Shown in pieces: positions 1 to 9,082 of a DNA stretch of 64,000 bases; positions within the stretch are counted from its first letter, which is position 1, and each line of letters begins with the position of its first letter. Source of the stretch: an uncultured Candidatus Saccharibacteria bacterium (GTDB lineage: Bacteria; Patescibacteriota; Minisyncoccia; Phycocordibacterales; JBBTRF01); NCBI GenBank assembly GCA_964602975.1, contig CAZRTH010000001.1, positions 70,303 to 134,302 on the forward strand, read 5' to 3'. The notes below the pieces were generated by a model. The model was not told where the DNA came from. It saw only the letters and a program-made list of their open reading frames with translations, and searched no databases. Made by a program: the position numbers and the translations under genes.

Positions 1-279
1 AAGGCGGCGGCGCAAAAGAGTAACCTACGGAAGATGACCTCCTGTTCACAAGGAAGGTCCTAACAACTATCTTTTGTCAAACAACTGCCGGTCTGGTGGA
101 CGCGGGCTACTGAGCCCTGCAGACCACCTTCGCCGTAATTACTTACAAGAGTATCATAGCATACCTACAGGTTTTGTCAAGCAGATGGCGATTTTATGGG
201 ACAAGGCAACAAAAAACGCCTATTTAAAGGCGTTTTTTGTCATTTATCTCACATTCCGACTACCTCTACACTGCCCTAT

Positions 280-1623
280 CTACTGACTCAACAAATTATC
301 AATGCGATTCATATCGCGTGGGAAAGTGGTCGCCTCTTTGACGTTTGGAAGCTCGAGCATGCGAGCGGTAAAGCGCTCGAGGCCAGTGGAAGAACCGCCG
401 TGGGGTGGCATGCCGTACTTGAAGGCTTGGAGATAGAATGAAAACTTCTCCGGATTGAGGCCACGTTCCTTCATGCGAGCGACGAGGGCTTCGTAATTGT
501 GGATGCGTTGCGCCCCGCTGTTGATCTCGAGTCCGCGGAAGAGCAAGTCGAAGCCGCGAGAGAGTGGCGCTTCGCTTGGCTCCTCGTACGTATAGAAGGC
601 ACGCTTCTTTGTCGGGAATCGGGTGATGAATACAAAGTCTGAACCGAGGTGCTTCTTCGCGTACTCGCAGATCTGTCGCTCGTCCTCCGGCCCCATATCA
701 TTGGTGTCCTCAATTGCGCGGTTATACTCCTTGGCGACAAGGTCCTGCGCCTCTTTCAAGGTGAACACAGGGATCTTTGCCGGAATCAATGGCGCAGTGG
801 TGCCAAAACGAGCAAATATATCGGCATGGTCGGCGCTGACTGCCTTCACGGTGTCGCGGATCGTAGTTTCGAGCACGCGCATCGGCTCTCGTTCATCGCG
901 AATGAAGCCCATCTCAAAGTCGAGGCAGGTCGCTTCGCTCAAATGCCGAGTAGTCGCGCTCTTCTCTGCGCGGAAGATCTTTGCCACGGTAAACGCCTTT
1001 TCGAAAGGACCTACCATGATCTGCTTGTAGAACTGCGGGCTGGTCGCCAGGTATGCAGTCTTGTCTTTGAAGTATTCAACTTTGAATGCTGCCGCACCAC
1101 CTTCTGCGTCGCCGCCCACAAGTGCCGGAGAAATGAATTCAGTGAAGCCCTGAGACGCGAGTGAGTCACGATACGCGCGAAGGATCGACGCCTGCATGGT
1201 GAAAATGTCACGCGACCGCTGGGTACGGAGAGTGAATGGGAGGTGGTCAAGATGAGTGTCGAGATTGGTCTCGGCCCCCAAAGCAAAAGGCACCTCCTTG
1301 GCCTCGGAGAGTACGGTGATGTTCAAAATCTCCAGCTCGATGTCGCCGTTCTGCTTGTCCTTCTGCACATTCTTCTCCGGACGAGGATTGACCTTGCCGG
1401 TGACCTCCACCACCCATTCAGGTCGAAGGGTGCTGCCGACAGCATGTGCGTCTTTGGCGCCGGGGAGAATGACGCCTTGCACTTTGCCGCTCACATCACG
1501 GAAATCAAAGAAAATGAGCTTGCCCTGATCGCGGCGGATATCCACCCAGCCGGAAATACTCACCTCCTGCCCCTTTTTGCCCGCGAGGTCGCGGATATAC
1601 GTTCGTTCCATAGGCGAAATCAT
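280..1623 (-). CDS. aspS: class IIb aminoacyl-tRNA synthetase, short archaeal/eukaryotic-type aspartate--tRNA ligase (Asn specificity not excluded)
   Basis: 447 aa; N-terminal OB anticodon-binding region, motif 2 KIFRAEKSATTRHLSE..DFEM, motif 3 GMPPHGGSSTGLERF; no bacterial GAD insertion. Confidence 0.75.
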   Translation of the reverse strand: MISPMERTYIRDLAGKKGQEVSISGWVDIRRDQGKLIFFDFRDVSGKVQGVILPGAKDAHAVGSTLRPEWVVEVTGKVNPRPEKNVQKDKQNGDIELEILNITVLSEAKEVPFALGAETNLDTHLDHLPFTLRTQRSRDIFTMQASILRAYRDSLASQGFTEFISPALVGGDAEGGAAAFKVEYFKDKTAYLATSPQFYKQIMVGPFEKAFTVAKIFRAEKSATTRHLSEATCLDFEMGFIRDEREPMRVLETTIRDTVKAVSADHADIFARFGTTAPLIPAKIPVFTLKEAQDLVAKEYNRAIEDTNDMGPEDERQICEYAKKHLGSDFVFITRFPTKKRAFYTYEEPSEAPLSRGFDLLFRGLEINSGAQRIHNYEALVARMKERGLNPEKFSFYLQAFKYGMPPHGGSSTGLERFTARMLELPNVKEATTFPRDMNRIDNLLSQ

Positions 1624-1797
1624 AGCATAAACAGGCGATATCGAAGATATTGACCGACTCTCGAAAAGATGATAATTTCAGCACAAACAACAGAAGGGTT
1701 CTTTGACACAGTAGTCGCAAAAGAGTGTTTTCGCCATTCGGAAACAGCTCGTGTCTGAGACCTCGCCTCCACCTGACAGCACAAACCTACTCGTTTT

Positions 1798-2499
1798 ATG
1801 ACATCCTCACCCTCTGCCCCGGCCAGTAGTCACACCCTCACCACCAGCATTACCCCAGATGTGTTGATGGGCGCCTTCGCCCAAATCCTGCTGATTCAGC
1901 CTGGCCACAGCGCGCCCGGCGGGAACAGAATCAGTAATTGCGGTCGCGAGCAAGCCCAGTGGATCGGAGAAAACGCACTCATTGATGCGAATCTCATCTT
2001 CGTCTCGAACGACCAGATCGCGCATCAGACGGTCGGCGAGATCATGATTACCACTCAACACGAGGAATGTGCGCAGTGCTATGTCGGCGAATTGGAAGCC
2101 TTGGTGACGCCGAAACACCCTCTGCATGCCACGTTGGGCTGTCTTGAGAGGGTGCCTCTCGTGAACCCCACTCGTCCCAGTCGTGGCCTTTTCAGCTATG
2201 CAGAAGCGCCGATCTTGAAGCGCTGGGCTTTGGACACCCTCGAGGCGATGATGCGGAAGAGTGGTGATCAGTATGACATCTGGGCCATCGTCGCAACAAG
2301 TCACTTTGTCAGTGTCCAAATGTTGGCCTGGATGATCAACGAGATCCTCGGTGACCGCAACCCCAATTATGCCGAGAACAAATCTCTCGTCGAGCTGATT
2401 ATCCTCAAGCACGGCGAATGCTTCCGGCTGGAATTCCTTGCTGACGCTGAACCGTATAGCATGAGGATTGTTCTGCTGACGCCGCCTGGTGCACGGTAA
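1798..2499 (+). CDS. hypothetical protein (233 aa)
   Basis: Longest ORF in gap; this frame has GC-rich third codon positions whereas overlapping minus ORF 1807-2412 does not; TTGACC-17-TAATTT promoter-like hexamers ~1650-1678 upstream; hairpin+T-run terminator ~2538-2580 downstream. Confidence 0.4.
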   Translation: MTSSPSAPASSHTLTTSITPDVLMGAFAQILLIQPGHSAPGGNRISNCGREQAQWIGENALIDANLIFVSNDQIAHQTVGEIMITTQHEECAQCYVGELEALVTPKHPLHATLGCLERVPLVNPTRPSRGLFSYAEAPILKRWALDTLEAMMRKSGDQYDIWAIVATSHFVSVQMLAWMINEILGDRNPNYAENKSLVELIILKHGECFRLEFLADAEPYSMRIVLLTPPGAR

Positions 2500-2537
2500 C
2501 TTGGTTGCTCAACCATACGCCTCACAGCGCCCCTACC

Positions 2538-2580
2538 CTCGACCCGCGTTCATTCGCAGGTCGAGCGGTTTTTTATTTTA
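2538..2580 (+). terminator. rho-independent terminator candidate (CTCGACC..14 nt..GGTCGAG then TTTTTTATTTT)
   Basis: 7-bp GC-rich stem followed by T-run, immediately after stop of 1798-2499 ORF. Confidence 0.5.
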
Positions 2581-2598
2581 GAACTTTTTGTTTTGTCG

Positions 2599-4350
2599 CT
2601 ACGCCACGATCATCTGCCCCTCCTTTTCGACGAGGTTTTTGTATTGCTCGCAGGTGGCGAGGAGTACGGCATGACTGCCGATGCCGGCCACTCGGCCCTT
2701 CTCCATCACGATGATCTTGTCGGCGTGGCGGATGGTCGAAAGTCGATGAGCAATGATGATGCCAGTGCGGCCCTTCATCGCATCGCGCATTGCCTGCTGG
2801 ATGTAGGCGTCGTTGATGGTGTCGAGACTGTTGGTCGCTTCGTCCAAAATGAGCAGCCGCGGATCCTTGAGCAACGCTCGCGCGATTGCCACACGCTGAC
2901 GCTCGCCGCCGGAGAGCTTCACGCCGTTTTCGCCGATCTTGGTGTCGAAGCCGTCGGGCAAGCGGTCGAAGAATGAGCTGATCTTTGAAAGCTCGGCGAT
3001 CTCCTTCAGACGCTCCTCAGTGACCTTGCTTTGGTCCTTGATGCCGAACAGAAGATTGTATCGCAAGGTGTCATCCCAAAGACGCACCTGCTGCTCGACA
3101 TAGCCGATGGAAGAGCGGAAGGATTGCAGGTCCACCTGCTTCAGATCGGTACCGTCCACGGTGATCTCGCCCGACACAGGGTCGAAGCCACGAAGCAACA
3201 AGCTGACAATGGTCGACTTCCCTGCTCCGGAATGGCCCACGATGGCCACCACTTCGCCAGAGTTGATCGAGAAAGAAACGTCATGCAGAGCATTCACCTC
3301 TGTCTTTGCTTCCGGATATGAGAAAGAAACATTCTTGAACTCCACATCACCCTTCATCGGATGAAATGTCACGCCGTTTGCGGGCGATACAATGCTTGGC
3401 TTGAGGTCGATGATCTTGAAATAGCGAAACACGTCTACGGATTGCACGATCATACGACGAAATATCCTAGCCATCTGATCCGACTGACCAAATACCATCC
3501 GTGCCCACGCAATGGTTGCCATAAGTGCGCCGGCGGTGAGCGAGCCTTGTAGCACCAAGTACGCGCCAGCCGAGATCACTGCCAAGTTGCCGAGTCGACT
3601 TATGGTATCTCTTGAGAGTCCAATGCTCATGTGATACTTTAACCACATCTTTTCGCCAAATGTGGTAACTTTTTGATATTCCGTATTCAATCTCGAAATG
3701 GTTTCCTCTTCGTGTCCCGAGAGCATCACTAGGGGCAGTGAGCGCAATACTTCAGAGTATTGTTGGCCTACAATATCATCAATCTTCCGCCATTCTCGGA
3801 TGCGTGAGGCCATGCGAATGTTTGCAGGTATCGAGATCGATAGGGAGAGGGCAACGGTGCCTAATACTATGAAGCCTAGCGTGTGGTTGCTAGTAAAGAG
3901 GAAGCCGAAGGCAAAAACGATTGTCGTGAGACCGGGTAAAATATCATACATTGATGCCTGCGCGACGTTGGATACCGCATTCGCTCCCTGAGTCGCTACT
4001 TTTTGACGGAACCCAGAGTTTTGTCCGGTGATTTGCCCGAGGGAGAGTGATGCTGCTTTTTTCACCGTATTCATATCGATAACCTGACTAATGCGGAAGA
4101 TGAATCTCTGATTTTCAACATTGGTGTGGATGTAGTCGAGTATCAAGTCACCAAGCATGGTGAAGCCTAGGATCATCACCAGATGCCAGACATTTTCTGC
4201 CACAGGATGAAAGAAAGCGTCCACCAGTTTTCCCCAATAGTAGGGCTGGACGAGCTCAAAGGCCTTTCTCGCGAAGACAAGAAAAATGAGGATACCGAAG
4301 GTACCCCAGAATGGACGCAGTAGCGTCAATATTTTTTTGAACATCTCCAC
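2599..4350 (-). CDS. ABC transporter ATP-binding/permease fusion protein (MsbA-like exporter)
   Basis: 583 aa; N-terminal 6-TM region, Walker A GHSGAGKST, signature LSGGERQRVAIARAL, Walker B LLILDEAT. Confidence 0.9.
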   Translation of the reverse strand: MEMFKKILTLLRPFWGTFGILIFLVFARKAFELVQPYYWGKLVDAFFHPVAENVWHLVMILGFTMLGDLILDYIHTNVENQRFIFRISQVIDMNTVKKAASLSLGQITGQNSGFRQKVATQGANAVSNVAQASMYDILPGLTTIVFAFGFLFTSNHTLGFIVLGTVALSLSISIPANIRMASRIREWRKIDDIVGQQYSEVLRSLPLVMLSGHEEETISRLNTEYQKVTTFGEKMWLKYHMSIGLSRDTISRLGNLAVISAGAYLVLQGSLTAGALMATIAWARMVFGQSDQMARIFRRMIVQSVDVFRYFKIIDLKPSIVSPANGVTFHPMKGDVEFKNVSFSYPEAKTEVNALHDVSFSINSGEVVAIVGHSGAGKSTIVSLLLRGFDPVSGEITVDGTDLKQVDLQSFRSSIGYVEQQVRLWDDTLRYNLLFGIKDQSKVTEERLKEIAELSKISSFFDRLPDGFDTKIGENGVKLSGGERQRVAIARALLKDPRLLILDEATNSLDTINDAYIQQAMRDAMKGRTGIIIAHRLSTIRHADKIIVMEKGRVAGIGSHAVLLATCEQYKNLVEKEGQMIVA

Positions 4351-4395
4351 ATAGTATCAGAGACGAAAGATACTTGTCTACAATGTCTGCATATT

Positions 4396-5370
4396 TTAGA
4401 ACACCAACCCTGTTTTCTTCCGCACCTCTTCCATCTTGGCCTCAGCGCGTACACGAGCCTTTTTGCCGCCTTCGGCGAGGATCTTGAGGACACGGCTGCG
4501 ATCTTTCGCCAGTTCGGCTCGGCGTTCACGAAGAGGTGTCACGAAGGCGATGAGGTCCGCCAACAAAGCTTCTTTGAGATCTTTGTACTTCCCTGCCTTC
4601 TCGGTGTAGAGGGCGTCGAGATACGCCTTGTCGCGGAATAGCTCGTGGATAGCGCGGACATTCACCGGCACACCGCCTGAAGAGTCGGTGACGATAGACA
4701 TCACCAGCTTGCGGAGCTCTTCATCGGTCGAAAAGAGCGGGATGTGGTTGCTGTAGCTTTTGCTCATCTTTTGACCGTCGATACCAGGCACGGTTTTGAC
4801 GTCTTCTAGAATAAGCGGCTCGGGTAATTTGAATGTCTCGCCAAAGATGCGGTTGAATTTCTCCGCAGTATCGCGGGCATATTCGACGTGTTGCTTCTGG
4901 TCCTGCCCCACCGGCACCACAGCGGCGTTGGCGATGAGAATATCCGCCGCCATCAGGATCGGGTAGTCAAAAAGACCGACATTGATCTCCTTGTTCTTGG
5001 CCTCCGCGTCCTTGAAAGCATGTGCACGCATCAGATACGGCATGGTGGTGAGGCAGTTGAAGATCCAGCCAAGCTCAGTGACCTGAGGAGTGTCGGACTG
5101 TTTGAAGAGCGTCACCTTTTTTGGATCGATGCCGATGGCCAAATAGTCGAGCACGAGATCGTATGTCGCTTGGGAAAGCTCCGCCGCATTTTGCACAGTG
5201 GTGAGGGCGTGCAGGTCGGCAATGAAAATATGCGCGTCGTGCGTTTCTTGCAGATCGACATACTGCTTCATGGCGCCGAAATAGTTTCCAATATGCGGTC
5301 GGCCGGTGGGCTTCACGCCGGACAATAAAATAGGCCGATCGGCCGGAAGCGATTTCTTGAAGATACTCAT
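4396..5370 (-). CDS. trpS: tryptophan--tRNA ligase
   Basis: 324 aa; class I HIGH motif GRPHIGNYFG near N-terminus, KMSKS present. Confidence 0.9.
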   Translation of the reverse strand: MSIFKKSLPADRPILLSGVKPTGRPHIGNYFGAMKQYVDLQETHDAHIFIADLHALTTVQNAAELSQATYDLVLDYLAIGIDPKKVTLFKQSDTPQVTELGWIFNCLTTMPYLMRAHAFKDAEAKNKEINVGLFDYPILMAADILIANAAVVPVGQDQKQHVEYARDTAEKFNRIFGETFKLPEPLILEDVKTVPGIDGQKMSKSYSNHIPLFSTDEELRKLVMSIVTDSSGGVPVNVRAIHELFRDKAYLDALYTEKAGKYKDLKEALLADLIAFVTPLRERRAELAKDRSRVLKILAEGGKKARVRAEAKMEEVRKKTGLVF

Positions 5371-5376
5371 GTGTCG

Positions 5377-5405
5377 ATTATAGCAAAAAGGCCGACAGAC
5401 CGGAA
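5377..5405 (-). promoter_or_regulatory. sigma70-type promoter with extended -10 abutting trpS start codon (leaderless arrangement)
   Basis: minus strand reads TTCCGG-17-TGcTATAAT-cgacac-ATG; -10 ends 6 nt before ATG, no SD. Confidence 0.45.
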
Positions 5406-5425
5406 ATCGAAACTGCAGCGCCCCC

Positions 5426-7081
5426 TTACTTCCCCTGCGCCGCCTCTAGCTGAATATGGAAGGTCGAACCCTTACCTTCGCCAGGTGATTCCACCCAGAC
5501 CCTGCCTCCCTGATGCCCTTCCACCATCTGCTTCACGACATACAAGCCGAGACCGGTACCGGAAACGTTGGTCGAGATGCCATTCTTGGCACGGCTAAAT
5601 TTTGCGAACAACTTCTCGATGTTTTCCGCGGAGATACCGACGCCAGTGTCTTTCACGGAAATATCGATACAGTTGCTAGAGTTTCCCTGTCCACTCGCGC
5701 CTATTGGTGTCACTCGTGTTCCTCGCGTTACCTTCACGGACACTGAACCCTTCGGTGTGTACTTGATCGAATTATCGACAATATTGGTGATCGCCTGCTT
5801 TATCTTCCCCAGGTCGATCCGCGTCATGAATTTTTCAGTGCGATCGAAATCCGCGGTCAAAGTGATGCCTCGCTTCTCCGCGTTTGGCTTCAATTCATCG
5901 CAGACTTGCGAGACGATCGCCCCGACATCGGAGACGACAAAGTCGTACTTCATTTGACCCTGCTCGATACGGGAGATGTTGAGGAAGTCGTCCACCATGA
6001 TCGCCATGCTGCTGCTGGATTGCAGGATGATGTCGACAACCTCTCGGAGCTCTTTCGAAAGCGGGCCGAAATTGCCTTCCATTATCAGAGAGGAGTATCC
6101 TTTGATCGCGGTGATAGGCGCGCGGATCTGATGCGACGCGATAGACAAGAACTCGGACTTCAGCTGGTCGAGCTCTTTGAGGCGATCGTTTGCTTTGGCG
6201 AGGTCTTTGGCAAGCGATTCGATGCGCTCGCGGGTGGAGACTTCTTTAATAACGCTACGAATTAGCAGTGTTCCGAAGACAACTACAACAAGTAGGACGA
6301 AGATGTTGATAATCTGGTCGAGGTTATTGGTAGAAAGAAATACTTTTACCAATAGTACTATCCATAGCGAGAAAGTGATGATTTGAGTCGCAACAACCTT
6401 CATATCAAAAAGATGGTGACGTGTTATAGCGTAACCGATAGAGAAAACCATAATGACGGTGAACACTGGCCCTAACCAGATGTATTGGTAATTACCAACA
6501 AATGGGAGGAATAGATTAAATACCATTCCTAAAAGAAAGGCGAGGGATGTTCCACCGATAATAAAATTGAGTTGCAGACGTTCCTCATAAGACTTAAATA
6601 ACCTGTATTTCTTAAAGAAGATGTAATATGAAATTGACACATACATCAAAAAATACATTGAGTATGCGAAATAATGGTTGTAATCGAGTAATGCATTCTT
6701 TCCCCACTCGGCCTGCTCGATAGCTACTACGAGAAAATGACTATCGTACAGGAAAACTCCGACAAGCAAGAAAATTGGCAACAAGATCAGGAGATTCCTA
6801 AAACTAAACCTAAAATTATTTTCTAAAAATGCGATTGCGAAGTAGAGAAAAAAGGCTGGAATCGCTGCAGCAGCAATGTAGTACACATTAGCTGTAAACA
6901 GGGATCTGGAGAGGTTATGGTCTAGGATAAAAACGGCTAGGCCGAGTGCCCATACGGCTACCGAGAAGACAAACGCAGAATAAATGACGTTTGTAGCTGT
7001 CTTCTTTCCAAAGAAAACGAAAAGGGAGAGAATTGTGTTAATACCGGCCGTAATAAACAGAAGCGATGATTGAAAACCCAT
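5426..7081 (-). CDS. sensor histidine kinase with multi-pass (approx 8 TM) N-terminal membrane domain
   Basis: 551 aa; long hydrophobic N-terminal half, coiled coil, H-box SIASHQIRAPITAIKGY, HATPase_c G-boxes (GTGLGLYVVKQMVEGHQGGRVWVES). Confidence 0.85.
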   Translation of the reverse strand: MGFQSSLLFITAGINTILSLFVFFGKKTATNVIYSAFVFSVAVWALGLAVFILDHNLSRSLFTANVYYIAAAAIPAFFLYFAIAFLENNFRFSFRNLLILLPIFLLVGVFLYDSHFLVVAIEQAEWGKNALLDYNHYFAYSMYFLMYVSISYYIFFKKYRLFKSYEERLQLNFIIGGTSLAFLLGMVFNLFLPFVGNYQYIWLGPVFTVIMVFSIGYAITRHHLFDMKVVATQIITFSLWIVLLVKVFLSTNNLDQIINIFVLLVVVVFGTLLIRSVIKEVSTRERIESLAKDLAKANDRLKELDQLKSEFLSIASHQIRAPITAIKGYSSLIMEGNFGPLSKELREVVDIILQSSSSMAIMVDDFLNISRIEQGQMKYDFVVSDVGAIVSQVCDELKPNAEKRGITLTADFDRTEKFMTRIDLGKIKQAITNIVDNSIKYTPKGSVSVKVTRGTRVTPIGASGQGNSSNCIDISVKDTGVGISAENIEKLFAKFSRAKNGISTNVSGTGLGLYVVKQMVEGHQGGRVWVESPGEGKGSTFHIQLEAAQGK

Positions 7082-7092
7082 TTGTCGTGTTA

Positions 7093-7995
7093 TTATTTTT
7101 CCGCCACAATCACCGTATGTACCTTGAGTGGTTCGTATAATACTAACATTTTTTCCTTTTGAAATCCTGCCTTATGTAGAAGCTCAGCGAGCTCTTCGGC
7201 TCTACGATAAATCATTGGCCAACCGATAGCGTTGGTGACAAACTTCATTTCTTTGTTGTGCACGATATTCGCCGTAATGAGCGAGCCATTAGGTTTGAGA
7301 GATTCGTGAATTGAACGAAGTGTTTCAATTGTTTTTTCGTCATCAAAATAATCTAGTAGACCGACCATCTCTACTACGTTATATTCCTCTTTTGGCGACA
7401 CGGTTTTGAAAAAATTACCGACGGTATCGTTTAGCCATCGAAACTTCTGGTCATTACCGAAAAATTCCTTAACCATCGCCTGACTATACCTCAGGGCCTC
7501 AGGATTTTTATCTAAAAAAACGGCCAACACTGGAACGGTTCCGACTGCACCAGCATCTTTAAGAGATTCAATTACTGCTCGGGCCGATCCGGAAGCAATG
7601 CTGAGTATCGAAATTTCCTCCTTTTTGACAACTAACTCCAAAAACACCTCCTTGAGCTCGCGTTTAACCAAGCGAAGGCGATTTCTAACCCCACGGGAAT
7701 TATTGCTATGAAACCAGATATGATGGGACACTTTCTGGAATAGATTTTTTGACTTGTGTGGGTGACCATTCTGATAGAGAACTTCAAGTGCCTGATGAGT
7801 AGTCGCATTCTTAATTACCTCATCGGCTGCTTCATGACTTTTCTTTATAGCATTACGAAATTTGGGTGGAATGTTATTAAGCGCAGGAATAAGAAAGAGA
7901 TTCGCGAAGGACTTGAAGAGACTATTTTTCTCGTAACCTAAGGTGTTGTCTCGGTCGGTTTTTGTTGAGGTGATTCGGTGGTTATTTTGATTCAT
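7093..7995 (-). CDS. class I SAM-dependent methyltransferase
   Basis: 300 aa; Rossmann motif I ILSIASGSARAV, acidic motif II LLDYFDD, motif LKPNGSLI; 11 nt downstream of histidine kinase on same strand. Confidence 0.7.
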   Translation of the reverse strand: MNQNNHRITSTKTDRDNTLGYEKNSLFKSFANLFLIPALNNIPPKFRNAIKKSHEAADEVIKNATTHQALEVLYQNGHPHKSKNLFQKVSHHIWFHSNNSRGVRNRLRLVKRELKEVFLELVVKKEEISILSIASGSARAVIESLKDAGAVGTVPVLAVFLDKNPEALRYSQAMVKEFFGNDQKFRWLNDTVGNFFKTVSPKEEYNVVEMVGLLDYFDDEKTIETLRSIHESLKPNGSLITANIVHNKEMKFVTNAIGWPMIYRRAEELAELLHKAGFQKEKMLVLYEPLKVHTVIVAEK

Positions 7996-8115
7996 TGCGA
8001 TGTCTAGTATAACAAAATTAAGCCCAAATTACCTGCTCTACAAGGACCTCGGGTTACGTCCATTGTTTTTGTATCAACAGCAGCACTTTTTGCCTGCAGC
8101 ATTGAAGATCCGAGC

Positions 8116-8304
8116 TTGATACGAATGGCTCGCGCGTTGTTCGACGCGGTGGTACACGGCGGAAAAGTTCAGAAGATCGCCTTGAAGACGTTTGAACAGG
8201 GTACAAAGCAGGCGAAGCAGATGGAATCTGGCAAGAAAAATGAGAAGGCAGTCACCGAAAAGGTACTCGCCGATGTGCACAAGCGTTTTTGGGACGTGGA
8301 GTAG
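8116..8304 (+). CDS. small hypothetical protein (62 aa, K/E-rich)
   Basis: ORF with GC-rich third positions in gap between methyltransferase and acyltransferase genes; no SD; weak call. Confidence 0.25.
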   Translation: MIRMARALFDAVVHGGKVQKIALKTFEQGTKQAKQMESGKKNEKAVTEKVLADVHKRFWDVE

Positions 8305-8325
8305 AGACTTGCTCCGTCTAGCCGC

Positions 8326-9057
8326 CTATCCAAGCAACTCCTTCACTCGCACCATCACCTTCCCTGCTCCGTTATGAAAATCGTCCACCGACGGCTGAGG
8401 TGCCAGTTGTCCTGCTCCGATGATTTCTTTTACTCGCATAGGAGTTCCGAAATGAATCGTCACTTTTCGACGTCGCAGGAAAAAATCTCGAGCGGTGAGG
8501 AGCGTCAAACCCTTTATCGCCACCGGAACCACCGGCGTCTGGGTGGCATGCGCAAGAAAAGCCACTCCTCCATGAGCGGTTCCTAACGCGCCGCTCGTCG
8601 TACGTCTTCCCTCAGGAAAAATACAGACGCAGCGGCCTTTTTGCAAGAGCGCGGTGAAATTTTGCAACGCATAGGCGTAGTCGTGATGGCCGGAATACAC
8701 CGGGTAGGCGCCGACCAAGTTGAATATGCGGCCGCCATAGATGTGCTTGCGCCAGCCGGAGGAGTCGTAAAAGTCTTTTTTCTGAGAGACAAAGTACATC
8801 GGAGACCAACGCCACCAAAATGGCAGGCCGACGCGCACTAGGGGGCCGTCCCATTCGCTCGAGTGGTTTGGAGCAAAGATCAGGGCCGAGGTCTCTCCTC
8901 GTGCCTTCTGAGCCTTTTGGAAGGCCACCAATTCCTCCACTCCCTCGTATTTGAGACTACAGAACAGCTTGAATACCGACAGAGCGAACAGGAAGATCAG
9001 GGATTGCAGGAGGATTGGAATGACGGAAAAGAATCGTTTTTTCACGGTGCTTGGCAT
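8326..9057 (-). CDS. plsC: lysophospholipid (1-acyl-sn-glycerol-3-phosphate) acyltransferase family protein
   Basis: 243 aa; N-terminal TM, acyltransferase motif I NHSSEWD (HX4D) and motif III FPEGRRT. Confidence 0.8.
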   Translation of the reverse strand: MPSTVKKRFFSVIPILLQSLIFLFALSVFKLFCSLKYEGVEELVAFQKAQKARGETSALIFAPNHSSEWDGPLVRVGLPFWWRWSPMYFVSQKKDFYDSSGWRKHIYGGRIFNLVGAYPVYSGHHDYAYALQNFTALLQKGRCVCIFPEGRRTTSGALGTAHGGVAFLAHATQTPVVPVAIKGLTLLTARDFFLRRRKVTIHFGTPMRVKEIIGAGQLAPQPSVDDFHNGAGKVMVRVKELLG

Positions 9058-9082
9058 TATACCACCTCTTGGGAGAGCCTGT

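Noticed and set aside
1650-1678. Leaderless-type promoter for aspS
   Set aside because: On re-reading the strand, the TTGACC-17-TAATTT hexamers face the plus-strand 1798 ORF. aspS itself shows no clear -10 next to its ATG.
1807-2412. 201-aa ORF on the minus strand overlapping the 1798-2499 plus-strand ORF
   Set aside because: Third-codon-position GC enrichment is in the plus frame, and a promoter-like element and terminator flank the plus ORF. The minus ORF is the usual antisense shadow.
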